A stretch of 64,000 nucleotides of DNA from Podarcis cretensis (lineage: Eukaryota), in NCBI GenBank assembly GCA_951804945.1, contig OX638150.1:42532001-42596000 (forward strand). Direction: 5' to 3'. Positions 41,100-56,167 of the stretch are shown piece after piece (the stretch's first letter is position 1; every line of letters begins with the position of its first letter). The position numbers were made by a program, and so were the translations under genes. The notes beneath the pieces were generated by a model, which saw only the letters and a program-made list of their open reading frames with translations, searched no databases and was not told the origin of the DNA.

Positions 41100-41720
41100 G
41101 CTTCCCTAGAGGTGTGATTCATTAAACAGGGCACAAAAGTAACCCATTCTCCAGTTGCCACCTACTTTATCAGTGACAGCAGAACTACCCCAAAAAGGAC
41201 CTTAATGAAGACCTTAAGGCATGAGCATGCTCATATTGAATAAAGGTAAGCATCAGTACTTTGACTCATGTCCAGTAAGGGCAGGGAACCAGATATATGT
41301 CTCAGCATCAACAAAGTTTCAGCCCCAACACCTGGTTTTCAGTTAGCACTCTCATAGCAGTATTTTGCTCTAACAGCAGTTTCTGAATTCTCTTCAAAGT
41401 CAATGCTATGTATAATGCATTGTGATAGTCTAACCAGGAAGTTGCCAGGCATAGTTAACTGAGCTAGATTCCCTCTGTACAGGAAGAATTCAAACTTGTG
41501 TAAGGCACTCTGTGCCCCTGCCTCTCCAGTTACAAAGCTGGATGGAGGACCACCTCCAGAACACAAACCTGCTCTTTCAGAAGAAGGGCCAATTCACCCA
41601 GAACAGTTTCTACATCACTAAACTGGACAAATGAATCACCTACCAACAGCACCTCCATCTTCTCTAGACTGAGGACCATATTAGTTGTGATAGTTTCAGC
41701 CAGCACAATGAATACCAGTA
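41100..41720 (-). mobile_element. Old L2 LINE fragment
   Basis: Minus-strand LEKMEVLLVG...LALLLKEQVCVLEVVLHP resembles L2 LNPDKTEVLLVG...LPLKEQVRSLGVLLDP. A decayed RLDYxNAL motif follows. Confidence 0.65.
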
Positions 41721-44700
41721 AAGCAATGAGGCTTCCCCCCCACCCTCTGCAAGACCCCAAAACCAGCTCTTGGGGGTCAGGAGAACAACAAATGAGGGGG
41801 GTGATTGTTCCACTTGGCAAACAACGTTGAATTCCTCCGAGATTGTTTATTGACTCTCATTCAGTCTATAATCAAACCCAGATGCTGATCTGGTACTTAA
41901 ATTGCCTTCCTTGAATCAGCTGAAAATGAAAGTAGTGCTGGGTTTCACTCACTTATTGATGGCACTTAATATATAAAACAGCATGTGGGACAAGATGGAA
42001 CCCTGCAGGACCCTATAGCATAAATGCCCTTGAACGAAGCACCACTTTCTAGAACTAGCTGTTCAGATAGGAATAGAAGCACCATAACATTGTATCCCAA
42101 ATTTCCAAACTGACAGTCTGAAAAAAGAAAATGATTTCTTTTTAAAAACATAAACATAACAGTTTTTCTGGAGGAAAGAAATGTGTGGCTTCATTGAACT
42201 CAGTGGGACTTTATTTCTGAATCAAGATGCTTAGGATCATGCTACATAGTTTCTTGGATTATTGAAACAAGCTTAAACAGACTTGCATTCCACAAAGCAA
42301 ACTGCTCTTTGAATTTGCAAAATTCAGTAGGTGATCATCAGAATGTTGTTGCTTTCACACAACTGAAACTATAGATTTCAAGACATACAGAAACAAACAC
42401 TTTAGGGAAAAGTCCTCAAAGTATGGTCTGAAGACATGTGAGGCCAGTACCTAGCTGAAGCTAAGGTCAGTGCCTGTATGGAAGTTTGGTGATATATAAA
42501 TGCAAATAGGGAAATAAAAACTGTATCTACATTTTTGTTATAGTATTCACAGAGTTGATAGCAAGTGGCAATACCTACCTTTACCTTTATAGCATGCTAT
42601 CTATAAATAGAAACCCAGGACTTCATAAGGAATGTTGAGATAAGATGCAGCTTCTCCTTTCAAAATCACCCCAAAACCAGAATCACTATTTTCTTCTTTG
42701 GAGGGAAACTACAATGACTACAAAAATAGCTTAATAATTATTATCTCTTCATTCACTATGCAGTCTGTGTGTCATCTTCTGATTATTATGTGAATGTCAA
42801 TGTCTACCCCTCCCATGCAATGCTGCAAGTCACTCCAAGACAGAGAGGCAAGCCCAGCAAAACTAAAGTCAACAGGTATATCCTCACCAATCTAAAGAGT
42901 AACTGGAGAAAAAAATTAATTTCATGGAAAGAGAAAAGAAGAATGTTGCCACTCATGCTTGTTTACAAGCTCTGTTTACAACACAAACACATCCATGAAA
43001 GTTTCTGCAAAACTAAGTGGGAATATAGTTGCCAATGCTATTTATTGTATTTAACAGAAAATTTCTGCTCGTGCTATGTGACATAGTGCAATGGGCAGAG
43101 CTATAGTGAAGGCTGCCATCATGTAACCTCTGCTATAATTTTCAGGATCCAGCTACAAGCATCATCAAAAATCAAAGTTCCTCCTTTTAGTAACACTTCC
43201 TGCTCCTGCTTTTGTTGCCCCAATTTTGTTTTATGACACGGATCCAGCATTAGTAGCCTCAGTCATTACCCACAATAGATTAAGTAAGGTGCAAAACATC
43301 TTAGCAAAACCTGAACCACTTTACAATCCATGCTGCCTTCATCATGACTTAGTTAACACTCTTATAGTGCAACCCTGTAACACTGGTTTCTTATTTATAA
43401 TATTTTTTGAGCGGGTGGGACTCTGTTAGGCTACTGGGATACATTGGGTCCCTTCCATTACAATATTTACTATGTAATATTTCAACTAGGTATCTTTTGT
43501 TTTCGGTTTTATTTTCTTTCCTGTTAGAACTCAGGGCTTCACCAATGAATCTCTTTTGTTTCTCCTCCAGGGCCCTCTGATAGCACAATAAGGAATTCAA
43601 ATTAATGTTGTGGGGTCCCAATTTACCATATTTCTTTTAAAATTGGAGGCTCATAATATTTGTTTATATCTAGAAGCTGAAAATGAGTCTTCTGGATCCC
43701 AATAACAGATTGATATATTGTATAAGAAAGAAAGTAAATAGAGGTTTAAACTATGCTGTGAATGAAAAACTAAATAAACCAAAAGGAAGGAAGACAGGGA
43801 GGCACCAGAACAGGAAACCAAAAGAAGAAAAGACCTCAAGGTGCACAATGATGCCCAATGCATTTTAAGTCAGAAGAGCTTTACCTCAGAACAACTAAAG
43901 CAGTTTCTTCTGAGGAACTGTTTAAAACTGTTTAAAAGAAACTTGTTCAGTTACCATTAGGAAAATACTCTTGAACTGAAATCCACTGGACTCAGATTGA
44001 TTATAGCACACCCTTGAAGTCACATCTATTCTTCATACGCTTAGAATGTAAGTGGCATATGAAAGGGCACAGAAGTCAGTTATTGCAGTTTGTAGAATAC
44101 ATGCAATGGCAATGTATTAACCAGCAAGCATCTCCTATTAATTGTGCCAGATGTCAAATAGTAAAAGCATTGTTTTTTTTACTATTTTGTAACTACATTT
44201 TAGTTGATGCACAGCAGAAGTTATTCCATGGGATTCATAGTCTGTTACAAGTTTTTGATCTTGTTTACAGCAGTTGAACACCAATGCTGTTCTACACCTG
44301 TCTTGGGAACAAAACTGATGCCTAGTGTTTTAAACAGAGTATTCACTAATGGGTTTAGATCAGATGTCTTGCCTTCTGTAAGTGTCTAATGTTCAAGAGC
44401 AAGAGGCTATCATCAGCTGTTTCTGTTTTCAGCATGATAAAGGTTTCTGTTCTCCTGTATTAGAAACTTATTGATGTACTGCTCTTTGGGAATCCTACAT
44501 TGTATTTGTTAAGAGTCAAGCTACACATTTATACTGGATATTTGCGATTGATTCTTCTTTTTTAACTGAAATGTAGTTGTAAGTTCAGTTTGTATAGAGT
44601 AGAATGTGTGTTCTTTCGAAGGGAGTGTTTAAATCTTCCCTTCGTAATTTTCTCCTAATACCCCCTCCTAAATCTATCACTGCTGTTTATCCAACAGGAG

Positions 44701-45730
44701 TTGGGGGCAAATTAGAAGCTCCCTGAAGCATCATTTCATTTTTAAAAACATTTAATAAATCAGACATGGATTTCCCATTTAACAGGTAGTTTGACCCCAA
44801 GACAAGTAGTAAATTGAACCTTTCTTCAATTTCTTAAGCAATCCCCCCTAGAGGTTCTATGACTTACTGTATCACAAGATTAGAATTCTCTGTTCATACT
44901 ACCTATGCTGAACTAAAACAAATCTTATCTCAGAAGGAACCAAATTTTAAAAATCTGCCACAGTATAATAAGATTTATTAGTGATTCACTAGCAATTGTG
45001 CCTATTCCTTTTCTCAATGAATAGAATTTGGAAGCTAATAATTCATAAACCCACTCAGTTCAGTTTGTTTACATACAATATTGAACAGACATGCTAGTAA
45101 GGGCTAAATCAGAAGTCGCCTACAGCAAAGAACTGGATTAAATGAAGCAGGGTAGAGACTCTTCATCTGAAAGAGGTACATCTTAAGCTAAGCAATTCTA
45201 AATATTATTGTTCTTGAAAGACTCCTTATTGTGAAAATATTATTGCTGTTTGTATTTACTGCTTAAATGTATACGTTTGCATGTATTTAAAGTGATAACT
45301 ACTCCTAAAGATAAGACACAACACATCACTGAGACTTCAAATACCATCAAAACCAAGAAGCAATCATTGACATCATTCTTTTATTCCAGAAATGTGTGTT
45401 TATTCTGAAGACATGTACTGTATAAGCACACAATATTTTAGAGACTGAAACATGGAACACCAGTCTCTTACTAGAAAACTACACATAACAGTATATATAG
45501 TCTGACTTGGACCACAGCTGTTGTAACCATCTGAAAATCCACTCCTAAGCACTGGGGAAGCCTCTGGAATAGTATTGCATCTGGACAGCAACAGGGAACT
45601 GACAAAAATCGAGGGGAAGCAGAAGTGCTGTCCGCCATGTTGCAACTTGAGATCCCAACCTCTATCTAATGTTAATTCTACAGCAGTCAATAGATATCAA
45701 TCATTCATGTTTTTATTACTAATGCTCAAA

Positions 45731-45985
45731 GCAGTGATGGCCAACCTTTGGGGCAAGTGTGTCTAAAAGTCCAGTTCAAAGTATAAGAGAGTGCTACTCT
45801 AATACACACTAATGAATAGATGCAGTCCTCCTGGGCTCTAATATAATTTTGCTTCTAAACTACAGAGAAATTGTTGCAAAGAGGAAGCTGGCAGGAGTGC
45901 ATATGGCATAATCACACTTGCAATCTTTCTGCTCCTGTCCAGGTGTGCAGATGTCTGCTACTTGAGCCACAGGTTGGCCACTTGA
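45731..45985. mobile_element. Degenerate hAT-like MITE
   Basis: Inverted subterminal motifs ggccaacct / aggttggcc after cagtgat. Confidence 0.4.
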
Positions 45986-48900
45986 GCAATGAAGGATATA
46001 ACTTTAAACAATTCATTTATAAATATAAAAGGGATCAATGTGTATACCTATTAACTGCAAGGCCTCCACCTTAACTTTTGCTGTGCAGTCAACGACTACT
46101 TACCATATTTCTCAATACTTACACATTTTAGATATGTATATGGATTGAAAGAAGGCTTCCATCTTTCTATGTTTTAAACTATAGTTTCAAAATCTAGAAT
46201 GAAGAATCCCCAAGCTGTGTTTTCAAATATTATTATTTCTAAGCTGACTTAACTGCTATGAAAAATTAATTTGAGCAAATTTTATAAATTATTTTAAGTG
46301 GCCAATACTGGGATTCTAAGGTATCCAAACAGGAGGGGGGGAAACACCTGAATTTGCAATAGGGATTTGCCCGATTAGGGATTTGCCAGTATACAAACTG
46401 CTTCCTCAAAACACAAACACTAAGCAAGACAAACGCCACGGCTTGTGTGTAAAACAACTAGTTACAGTCTGAATCAAAATTTTCTGTTTAAGATAAACAA
46501 AACCTGCTATGTAACCACGATAAGGATACATGTAACTCATAGCTGACTATCGCCATTATCAATTTCTGCTAGTATTCTGGCAGATGGAACAATTCCAGGC
46601 TACTCATTGGTAGCATACACATTTGAAAATAAGTATTTTTACTATAAAGAGTAAAGAGTTAGCCCAATATGCTAACCAATATGTCACAAAATAGATTTTT
46701 ACTATACCTTCTTTAGGGTGTGAGACAACCATAATATTAATTAAGGTCAAATCTCTGAGTGTCAGACCAAAAACTCCCAAGAAAAAAGGAGGATTGGTGG
46801 AACAACAAAAAATAAAAAAAACCCAAATATGGACTGTAACACAGAAGGTTAATGTGAATTTCAGATACGTAACTTATATGAAAAATATACAAGCTAACTT
46901 AAAGCTCCCTAGTTCATAATAAATTTACAATGTGTCACTTTAAACTGAATCTCAAAGCAGGATTGCTTGTCTACAAAGAAACTTCAAGTGTGTAGTACAC
47001 TAATGCTAAACAGTGCTTTGCACTGTGCACAAGTTGCAAAATGAGCTGTATGACTAGAAGTAACGAGAATTAAAATCCACGAGTTATTTCTAAGTAAACA
47101 TGGTAAGAAGCAAGCTACAAAACATAATTTGGAACTCTTGCACAGCTAAGCTATTCAAGCTCCATTTTCATAGTTTTTAAACCAATGATTATTAGATTTA
47201 AACAAGATCTATGTCATACAACTTTGTAAAAACCTTATTTCTTGGCAACAGATTTCAAAGTTTCTTTATATGCCTTCACATTATAAAAGGATTTGATTCT
47301 ACAAGCTGAAACATGAGCTTAACTTTCCTAGTGAAATGAAAATAAGTTTTGATCAAACCACCAATATTTGTAAGCACACTCTTTTTCAGCAACAAGATAT
47401 AAAGACATTAAAAGCTGTTGAGCCTAAATGAAAGCTGGACTAACTACTCATAGCTAAACAGGCTTTTTCAAAGTCTAAGTAAACACCACTGATGAAACCC
47501 TGGCAAAGCTCCTAACTGACTTCAGTGGGGTGGAATTTCACTCCAGGTCCCTTGGTAAGCAGATCTCAAAATTACCTAAGCACTCATTCTGAAGTTAAAC
47601 AAGATTAAGATCTCTTATTATTTACAATAGACTTTCAATGTTTTATTGTTTTGCCTATTGCCCTCAATCCACTATGAGTAACAGAAAGATGCTAGAAAAC
47701 TGCTTAAAAGTGATGAAAGGATCAAACAAGGAAATTGCACACTGGCTGAGCTGTTTAAGATGAACATAACTAATCACACACCAGGTTACTGGACCAGACC
47801 TTGATTTTAATTCTAAGTCCATCTACTTGAAATTTTGACTGAAATCACTAAGGCTTGTATCCAATTAAATACATTTGGAATCAAGTTTATTGGGGTGGAA
47901 GGAGTTGTGAAAGAAAGATGAAAATCTCAAATAAACTATTGACAAAAAGGTAGCTGTAAATTCCACATAATTCCACATTATAAGTTAATAACTAGTTATT
48001 TCACATAAATATAGGATTATCAGTGTGCTGCTTAAAACGGAATCAGTCTTAACATTTGCATATTCTTTCAAAAATTCTTTTGCAAATGGTATTTCAGTGT
48101 AGGTGATGTACTATGTTACACCATTCTCAGACACACCACAGGTTGGAATGCTGTGACATGTCACTAACACAGCTAGCTACATCCTGAAATTAACATTTTA
48201 AACAGCATTTTTTTTCCTTGATTGTGATGTAACCATTTAATGACTTTGAACTTTCCCAACTTTTGGGGGGGAGGGGTTGCTATTTGTGCATATAATGCAC
48301 TGAAGGGAATAATGACAAAAATAACACATGTGATCACAGAGCAGTCTTATTTCAAACCACGTGTTACCTGACTTCCTATATTCCTAGATTTGTAAGGTCT
48401 TCTGAAAACTATCACAACCCATTAAGCTACAAAATTAAATAAAGTATTCTCTCAAAATCATCACAATGAACAGACCAAGTTCACAAATGAAATGCTTAAG
48501 AGAATTTTCCTCACAAATGAATATTCAGATTCACAGTGACAAATCATCAGGTGTGGATTGGAGGAGAAAGTATCATTTCAAATTTTAAAATTAAAAGTTA
48601 CATGCTCCCATCACTCAATATAAAACTGATTTTTCTTTTACATTACACTATATTAAGTACATGAAGCACAACCATGGTTAAAAACAATGTATTTGTGCCT
48701 TCCTAACAGATTCCTTTCAGTTTCAACAAAATAACTCAACAAGGCAAAGCAGACTATTTGCTTTGCTTTTCTGTATCGTTGCCAACAGTATGAATGGAAG
48801 TCACAGTTGACAGAGGTCAAACAAGTCATTTAACTGTATTGACAATACAGCATTATACACAGAAACATAACTAAGCAATGGTAAAAAGTATTGAAGTCCC

Positions 48901-49149
48901 TAGAAAGGGCTGACTTAAAACAAGTGTTGTTGGGGCTTTTTTTATTTAGAAAATTGGTTAAGAAGCAGTATTATTTAAATACCTCCGAAAACTATTGCGC
49001 TTCAAAAAGGGTGTCCCATTAATGTTTCCTAATCGATATCATTTCAAAGCAGCACATTTCTAAACCATACCACACTTTCTGAATTATTATTATTTTTAAA
49101 CCCCGGAGTGACATTTTAGCCACAAGGCTATTGTATCACGAGGCATTCT

Positions 49150-50580
<1,431 letters not shown>

Positions 50581-52268
50581 GATTATATATGGATATATGC
50601 ACACTGTATATGTTTTAATTGCTTTGAGCGGGCGGTGGGGAATCAGATGCCTGTTACTCCCTGCTCCAGGAACTGCTGTCCAGAAAGAGTGAATAGTATC
50701 TTACGCTTGTAAACAGATATATAAATTCTAGAGGCAACTCATATCATCTTCAGCACTGTACATACATAAGCATGCAAATCTGAAATAAGCAAAGGAGGCA
50801 ACTTTCACTGTTTTCTTACTCAAGGGGAAACGTCCCATTCATATATATTTATATTTTTGTAGCATTCAACTTCAAATACACTACCCTGACAAATGGGATG
50901 CCTACACATAGTGTCATCTCCCCACCACCACCGCCACCACCCACTGATTATTATTATTGTGGGAAAGATAAGGGCAGCATTTGTGTGTCACCCTCAGCTC
51001 CATTACCATTCTGATAGTTCTCACTGGAGGCAAATAACCAAACAGATTACGGTATTTGTGTCTCATTCTACACGGACTACTTACAACATATTACTGTTCT
51101 TCCTTTTCAACCTACTAGAGATCAATTCTATTTCAGGCTAGCTGTAGTGGAACGCATGATTGTCATGCAAAAAGGTCTGAAGTTCAAGCTAATGTGACCC
51201 TAGAATGTAGACCCTAGAATGTGACCCCAGAGATCAGGCACCTATCCCACGTCACTCACTGCCTGCTGTAGCCGGAGGAGAAACTTACAAGAGAGAGAGA
51301 GGTTTTGATAAGGGTCTTAATAAGGGCAGATGCATGCAGGTGGTGATTGTCCTTGAGCTATGCTAATCCACTCCTAAACCTTTTGAATGTTAAAATTTAA
51401 GACTAGCACCTTGGTGATGAGTTGTGTTCCTTATATACCTAACCGCCACTTTAGTCTCGAACTTGTAATGTTCTACATACCATTAATACCGAAGTTTTAA
51501 ATAATTTTCTCACTGATTCGAACACTTTCTCTCTGCAGGTTGCCCAAGTGTAGCACATTTTCTGTCAATATTTTATTCAGCAAATAAAAATGCCTTTTGA
51601 ACTAAATTTGCTTCTAAAATTTTTATATTTTGTAATGGGTTGTTTTAATGATTTTTAGCTTAACGCTTAGTTTTTTATATGAACCCTAAACCAAAATACT
51701 GAGGGTTGTTGGGGTTTTTTTTGCAAAAATAAAATAATCTATCTTCAAGAACATAGCTGTGCATTTTAATAGCTCTCCAACCTGACTGGGTCTACAGAAT
51801 GCATTAGTGGAACATTGGTAACACAATCCTAGCAATGCAATCATACACATGTTGACTCAGAAGTTAGTCTCAATGGGACATCCCCAGGCAAGCAAGTTTA
51901 ATATTGCGACCTATTTCTACATAGGATTTGGATACATTATACCCTGTTGAATTCCATAGGTCCTAGGCAGGAGATCTCATTCTGAGTATTTCCAGGGCAG
52001 CAGTGTGATGTTGCAATCCTAGGCACACTTCCTTAGAATTGAAATCAATTGAACTTACTGAATTCAGATTGCCTTTACTTGCAAGGCCAATTAAAAGGAA
52101 TAGAATTGAACCTTCCCTAAATATTAAAAACAATTCAATTAAAAACAATTCAAAGTCATATTACTGAATTCCCAACACCTATCTCCTTTAGTATAATGGA
52201 AAGTATGTTTAATTGTGGGTTTAGCTCAAACTAAAAAGAAAATTATACAGCTCTTGTGTATTCTAATA

Positions 52269-52422
52269 CAGTCACACCTCGGGTTACAGACGCTTCAGGT
52301 TGCGTTTTTTCGGGTTACGGACCCGAAGTGCCAAATAGCAACCCACGCGTGCGCAGACGTGCCACTGTGGGTTGCGAACGTGCATCCCACACGGATCACG
52401 TTCGCAACCAGAGTGTCCACTG
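52269..52422. mobile_element. Tc1/pogo-type MITE
   Basis: TA|CAGTCACACCTC ... GAGTGTCCACTG|TA; CpG-rich interior. Confidence 0.8.
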
Positions 52423-53469
52423 TATACAGTACAAGCAAACATTTCTACTTCCCCGACCAAATAATTTTCTATCCCCAGGCACACTGTTCTGGGGGTTCTC
52501 CTGATCCTCCGCAGCTGATTTGGGGTGGAAATAAAAATAAAATAAAAAGCCCTTTTGCATTAGCAGAACTCCTTGCACTGGCACCCACTAGTGCAACTGT
52601 TTTGTTAAATCAGAGTCTAGAGATGCTGTGACTCAGTTCACCTGATTTTAGAATTTCATCAAGGTGTCTGAAGTGTCCCATGATTTCTGCAAACTGAACT
52701 GGAGCTCATAAAGTGCTCTCGCTCAATCCCAAAGACCAGTTTGAAATATTCTGAATAACGCTAGTATTCCAAAAAAGCCATTCAGATTTTAAAAGCCTCA
52801 CAAAACAATCTGCTTTGGCGCTGTCATTGCACAATTATAAGTTAGCTGTTGTATGAGCTAAGGATTGCATTTGCAGGATTTAGGTTGCAGTGAGTGCTGG
52901 GATATTACATTATATTAGATAAGCTCACACCTAGGGAGAAACCTACCTGCTCTGTTTTTATGTTCTAAGAAAGGAGGAACCACAACTTAAAGTATTTGTA
53001 TGTGCAAGAGATTAGTCTCAAATATGTTTTAAAATGGGGCTCTTTATCAAACATGGGCCATGTTTGCCAATAATGGGATTCAAAGGGCTTTATCCTGATT
53101 TGTTTCCACAAAGTTTGCATGGAGGCTACTAGTGTCTGGTCTTTATTGGACATTCCTTTTAATTTGTTTGCAAGGCAGATATATAACGCAGCAATCATCC
53201 TGATTTGCTTGTGAGGTACTTATTCATCTTCTCTGTAATCATTCATTCATCCATCCCACACTTTATGGTGCTTTCCCACTCACTCTCCTAACTGCAAAAA
53301 AGCATCTCTCTGTATTTTTTTAAGTTTATTTGTTGCAGTAGGGTGACAAAGCACATTGGATTAAATTGCACAAGCCTAATTTTCTGGTGTAGGCTTATAT
53401 CCTTCCCACAAAATAGTGACAGTCTGGAGATACCAAAATATTATGGGGGACAGGAGCAGGAAAATAGAG

Positions 53470-53670
53470 CATATGAGACTTTATACTAAGTCAAACTACT
53501 TCTCTATCTAGTGCAATAAGGACTGGCAGCAGTCCTTCAGAGTCTTGGGCAAAGGCATTCCAGTCACCTTCACTACATGATCCTTTAACTGGAAATGCCC
53601 GTGATGCAGCACAGGATTTTCTGCATGCAAAAGCGTGCCCCCTGCCACAGAGTTGTGATCCTTGACCAAC
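53470..53670 (-). mobile_element. Squam3-like tRNA-derived SINE (diverged)
   Basis: Minus strand has a tRNA-like head (tttgcatgcagaaaatcc) and the body ctgctgccagtc...ctagatag...tttgacttagtataaag. Confidence 0.6.
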
Positions 53671-53720
53671 CCAGACTGTGATCATTTGGTATGTCTCTAT
53701 ATAAACTGTAGAATCTCTTA

Positions 53721-53916
53721 CAGATAGGTAGCCGTGTTGGTCTGCCATAGTCAAAACAAAATAAAAAAATTCCTTCCAGTAGCACCTTAAAGACCAACTA
53801 AGTTAGTTCTTGGTATGAGCTTTCGTATCTGAAGAAGTGTGCATGCACACGAAAGCTCATACCAAGAACTAACTTAGTTGGTCTTTAAGGTGCTACTGGA
53901 AGGAATTTTTTTATTT
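53721..53916. mobile_element. Penelope-like element terminus duplicated as a fold-back, with 14-bp TSD
   Basis: Perfect 71-bp inverted arms at 53756-53826 and 53849-53919. Direct repeat tgtagaatctctta at 53707-53720 and 53917-53930. Confidence 0.88.
53825..53862 (+). ncRNA. Minimal type I hammerhead ribozyme (Penelope-type)
   Basis: Sequence GTAT-CTGAAGA-A-GTGTGCATGCACAC-GAAA-GC-TC-ATAC. It has the CUGANGA and GAAA cores, palindromic stem II, palindromic AGCT stem III, a UC cleavage site (after C53858) and stem I GTAT/ATAC. Confidence 0.8.
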
Positions 53917-55799
53917 TGTAGAATCTCTTATTGATTCACATAATGTACAACCAGTTTATTAATAAAATACATTACAGATTGTTATACGTATGTTCTCTGT
54001 CACATCCTTCGTTTCACAGTTATCTTTGTTGGGCAAATTCCAGTCCAGTAGTCTGAAAAAATCCTTGCCTGTTATTTTGTCCAACACAAATGTCTGCAGT
54101 TGGTTTACAAACCATGCTACCCACAATGCTCTGGGCGTCAAGCTGCTTATGGAGGTTGTAACACGCCGTGCAATAATCTCCGATTAACTAAATTATATAG
54201 TCTTGGCGCCCTGAATAATATACACAAGTAAGCTACTTCGCTTTCAGGAAGCCCCCTCCGTTGCTTCCTGTTCAATCTGCACTTTACACAGCCCCCTTCT
54301 GGGAGGAATTAACAAACCTCGATGCTGCAGCAAGACATGTGCTTTTGAGATGACATCATCCTCAGTGTCTGGGCAGTGACCTAGGCAGAGTGTGTTTGTA
54401 AATACAGAAAAGGACATTGGGGGTGGGGCAGGCAGAACAATTGGTACTGGAACATAGGGCTGTTAAATCAATGAAATGCCATTTCAGGGACTAGATTAGG
54501 CCATTTTGAGTTGACAAATGTTTCAAAGGCAAGACTTTGCATGATACAACTGAGCCAAGGGCAGGTTAAGGAACAGCCTCGACTTGAAATCCAGGCAATT
54601 TAAAATAATCGTTGGAAGTCGTTTCATGTGCCGCCCCTATTATTAATATGGAAATTGCTGTATGTGCTCTACTATGCAAACGTTTCTTAAAAAAATTAAA
54701 TAGAACCGTGTCTCATTTTTTGCTTCTAATACATATGTGAAGAATAATGATTGATACACATCACCACAGTGACCTCAGGAATATCCTTATTTGTTCTGAA
54801 ATAAACACAACCACCAGCACAATATGAAAACCCAGTTTACATAGCAGTTGTATTCAGTGAATGCTGTTTAAATGGTTAATGGGAATCACTGCTTTTTTCC
54901 GTTTTGCATAAGTAGCAGACAAGTCTGGGAGCACAGAAGTGGAAGAGAAACTGCAGCATTTTCTGAGATTTGATCATTGTGACTTTTCTGCTCTCTATAT
55001 TAGCAGGATTCATCTCCATCCCAATCTGCCTTTGACCTGAATAGGAGTGGCTTGTAATTTCCTTTAATCAGATCTGGGCTCCTGTGAATTTGTAGAATAA
55101 TAGTGTACTGCAATGTCAAAACTGAAATGTAATGGTGGCAGGCATTATTTGTTTAACCTTTTAACAGTTCACCACTCTGCTCTACAATTACATTAATTTA
55201 AATAGAATGTATATTGTTTGCCTAGTTTTTAAAATGTCAGAAATTGAATAACTGCATGCTTTTGTTTCAGGGGCCTGATCTTTTAAGAGTTATCACCAGT
55301 CTTGAGGTTGCCTAGCTTTCAGCCAGTGTTGAAGTGGCACTGCTGGTGAAATACATCACCAGAGAACGTAGACCCCAACTCTCAGGCAGAACTGCCTGCC
55401 AGAGGGCACAAATTACTTTTTAAAATTGTGCAAGTTTAGAATTCAGAAAGCACAAATATAATACTCAGTAGGAGATACCTTTGATGATTAAAACAGATCC
55501 TTGAACAGTAGGTGAAATAATCTAGCAAGTATTTCAAATGAACTTTTCGCTATGTACATTCTGTGAATTAAGCAGAGCTCCAACAATTTATATAAGCATA
55601 TACAAAATGATCACATGCACATTCTATCTCCGTATGGATTGTTGAAGGCCAGCAGAAAATTCAGGAAATCTTGGGCTGCATCATTGGCATCTCCTGTTAA
55701 AAGGATCATGTAGTGTAGGAGGAGATTACACTATCAAAGTGTGGCAAACAGACTTAAAGTGATGTGTAGATTGTTTAATTAGCCAAAGATCTGGGAGAG

Positions 55800-56167
55800 T
55801 AAAGGTAAAGGGACACCTGACCATTAGGTCCAGTCGTGGCCAGCTCTGGGGTTGCAGCGCTCATTTCGCTTTATTGGCCGAGGGAGCTGGCGTACAGCTT
55901 CCGGGTCATGTGGCCAGCATGACTAAGCCGCTTCTGGTGAACCAGAGCAGTGCACGGAAACGCCGTTTACCTTCCCGCCGGAAGGTACCTATTTATCTAC
56001 TTGCCAGAAGGTACCTATTTATCTACTTGCACTTTGACGTGCTTTCGAACTGCTAGGTTGGCAGGAGCAGGGACCAAGCAACAGGAGCTCACCCCATCGC
56101 AGGGATTTGAACCGCCGACCTTCTGATTGGCAAGTCCTAGGCTCTGTGATTTAACCCACAGCGCCAC
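55800..56167 (-). mobile_element. Sauria SINE
   Basis: aaaggtaaaggg tail and the same subfamily as 35875-36222; contains an internal tandem duplication at 55981-56030. Confidence 0.92.
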
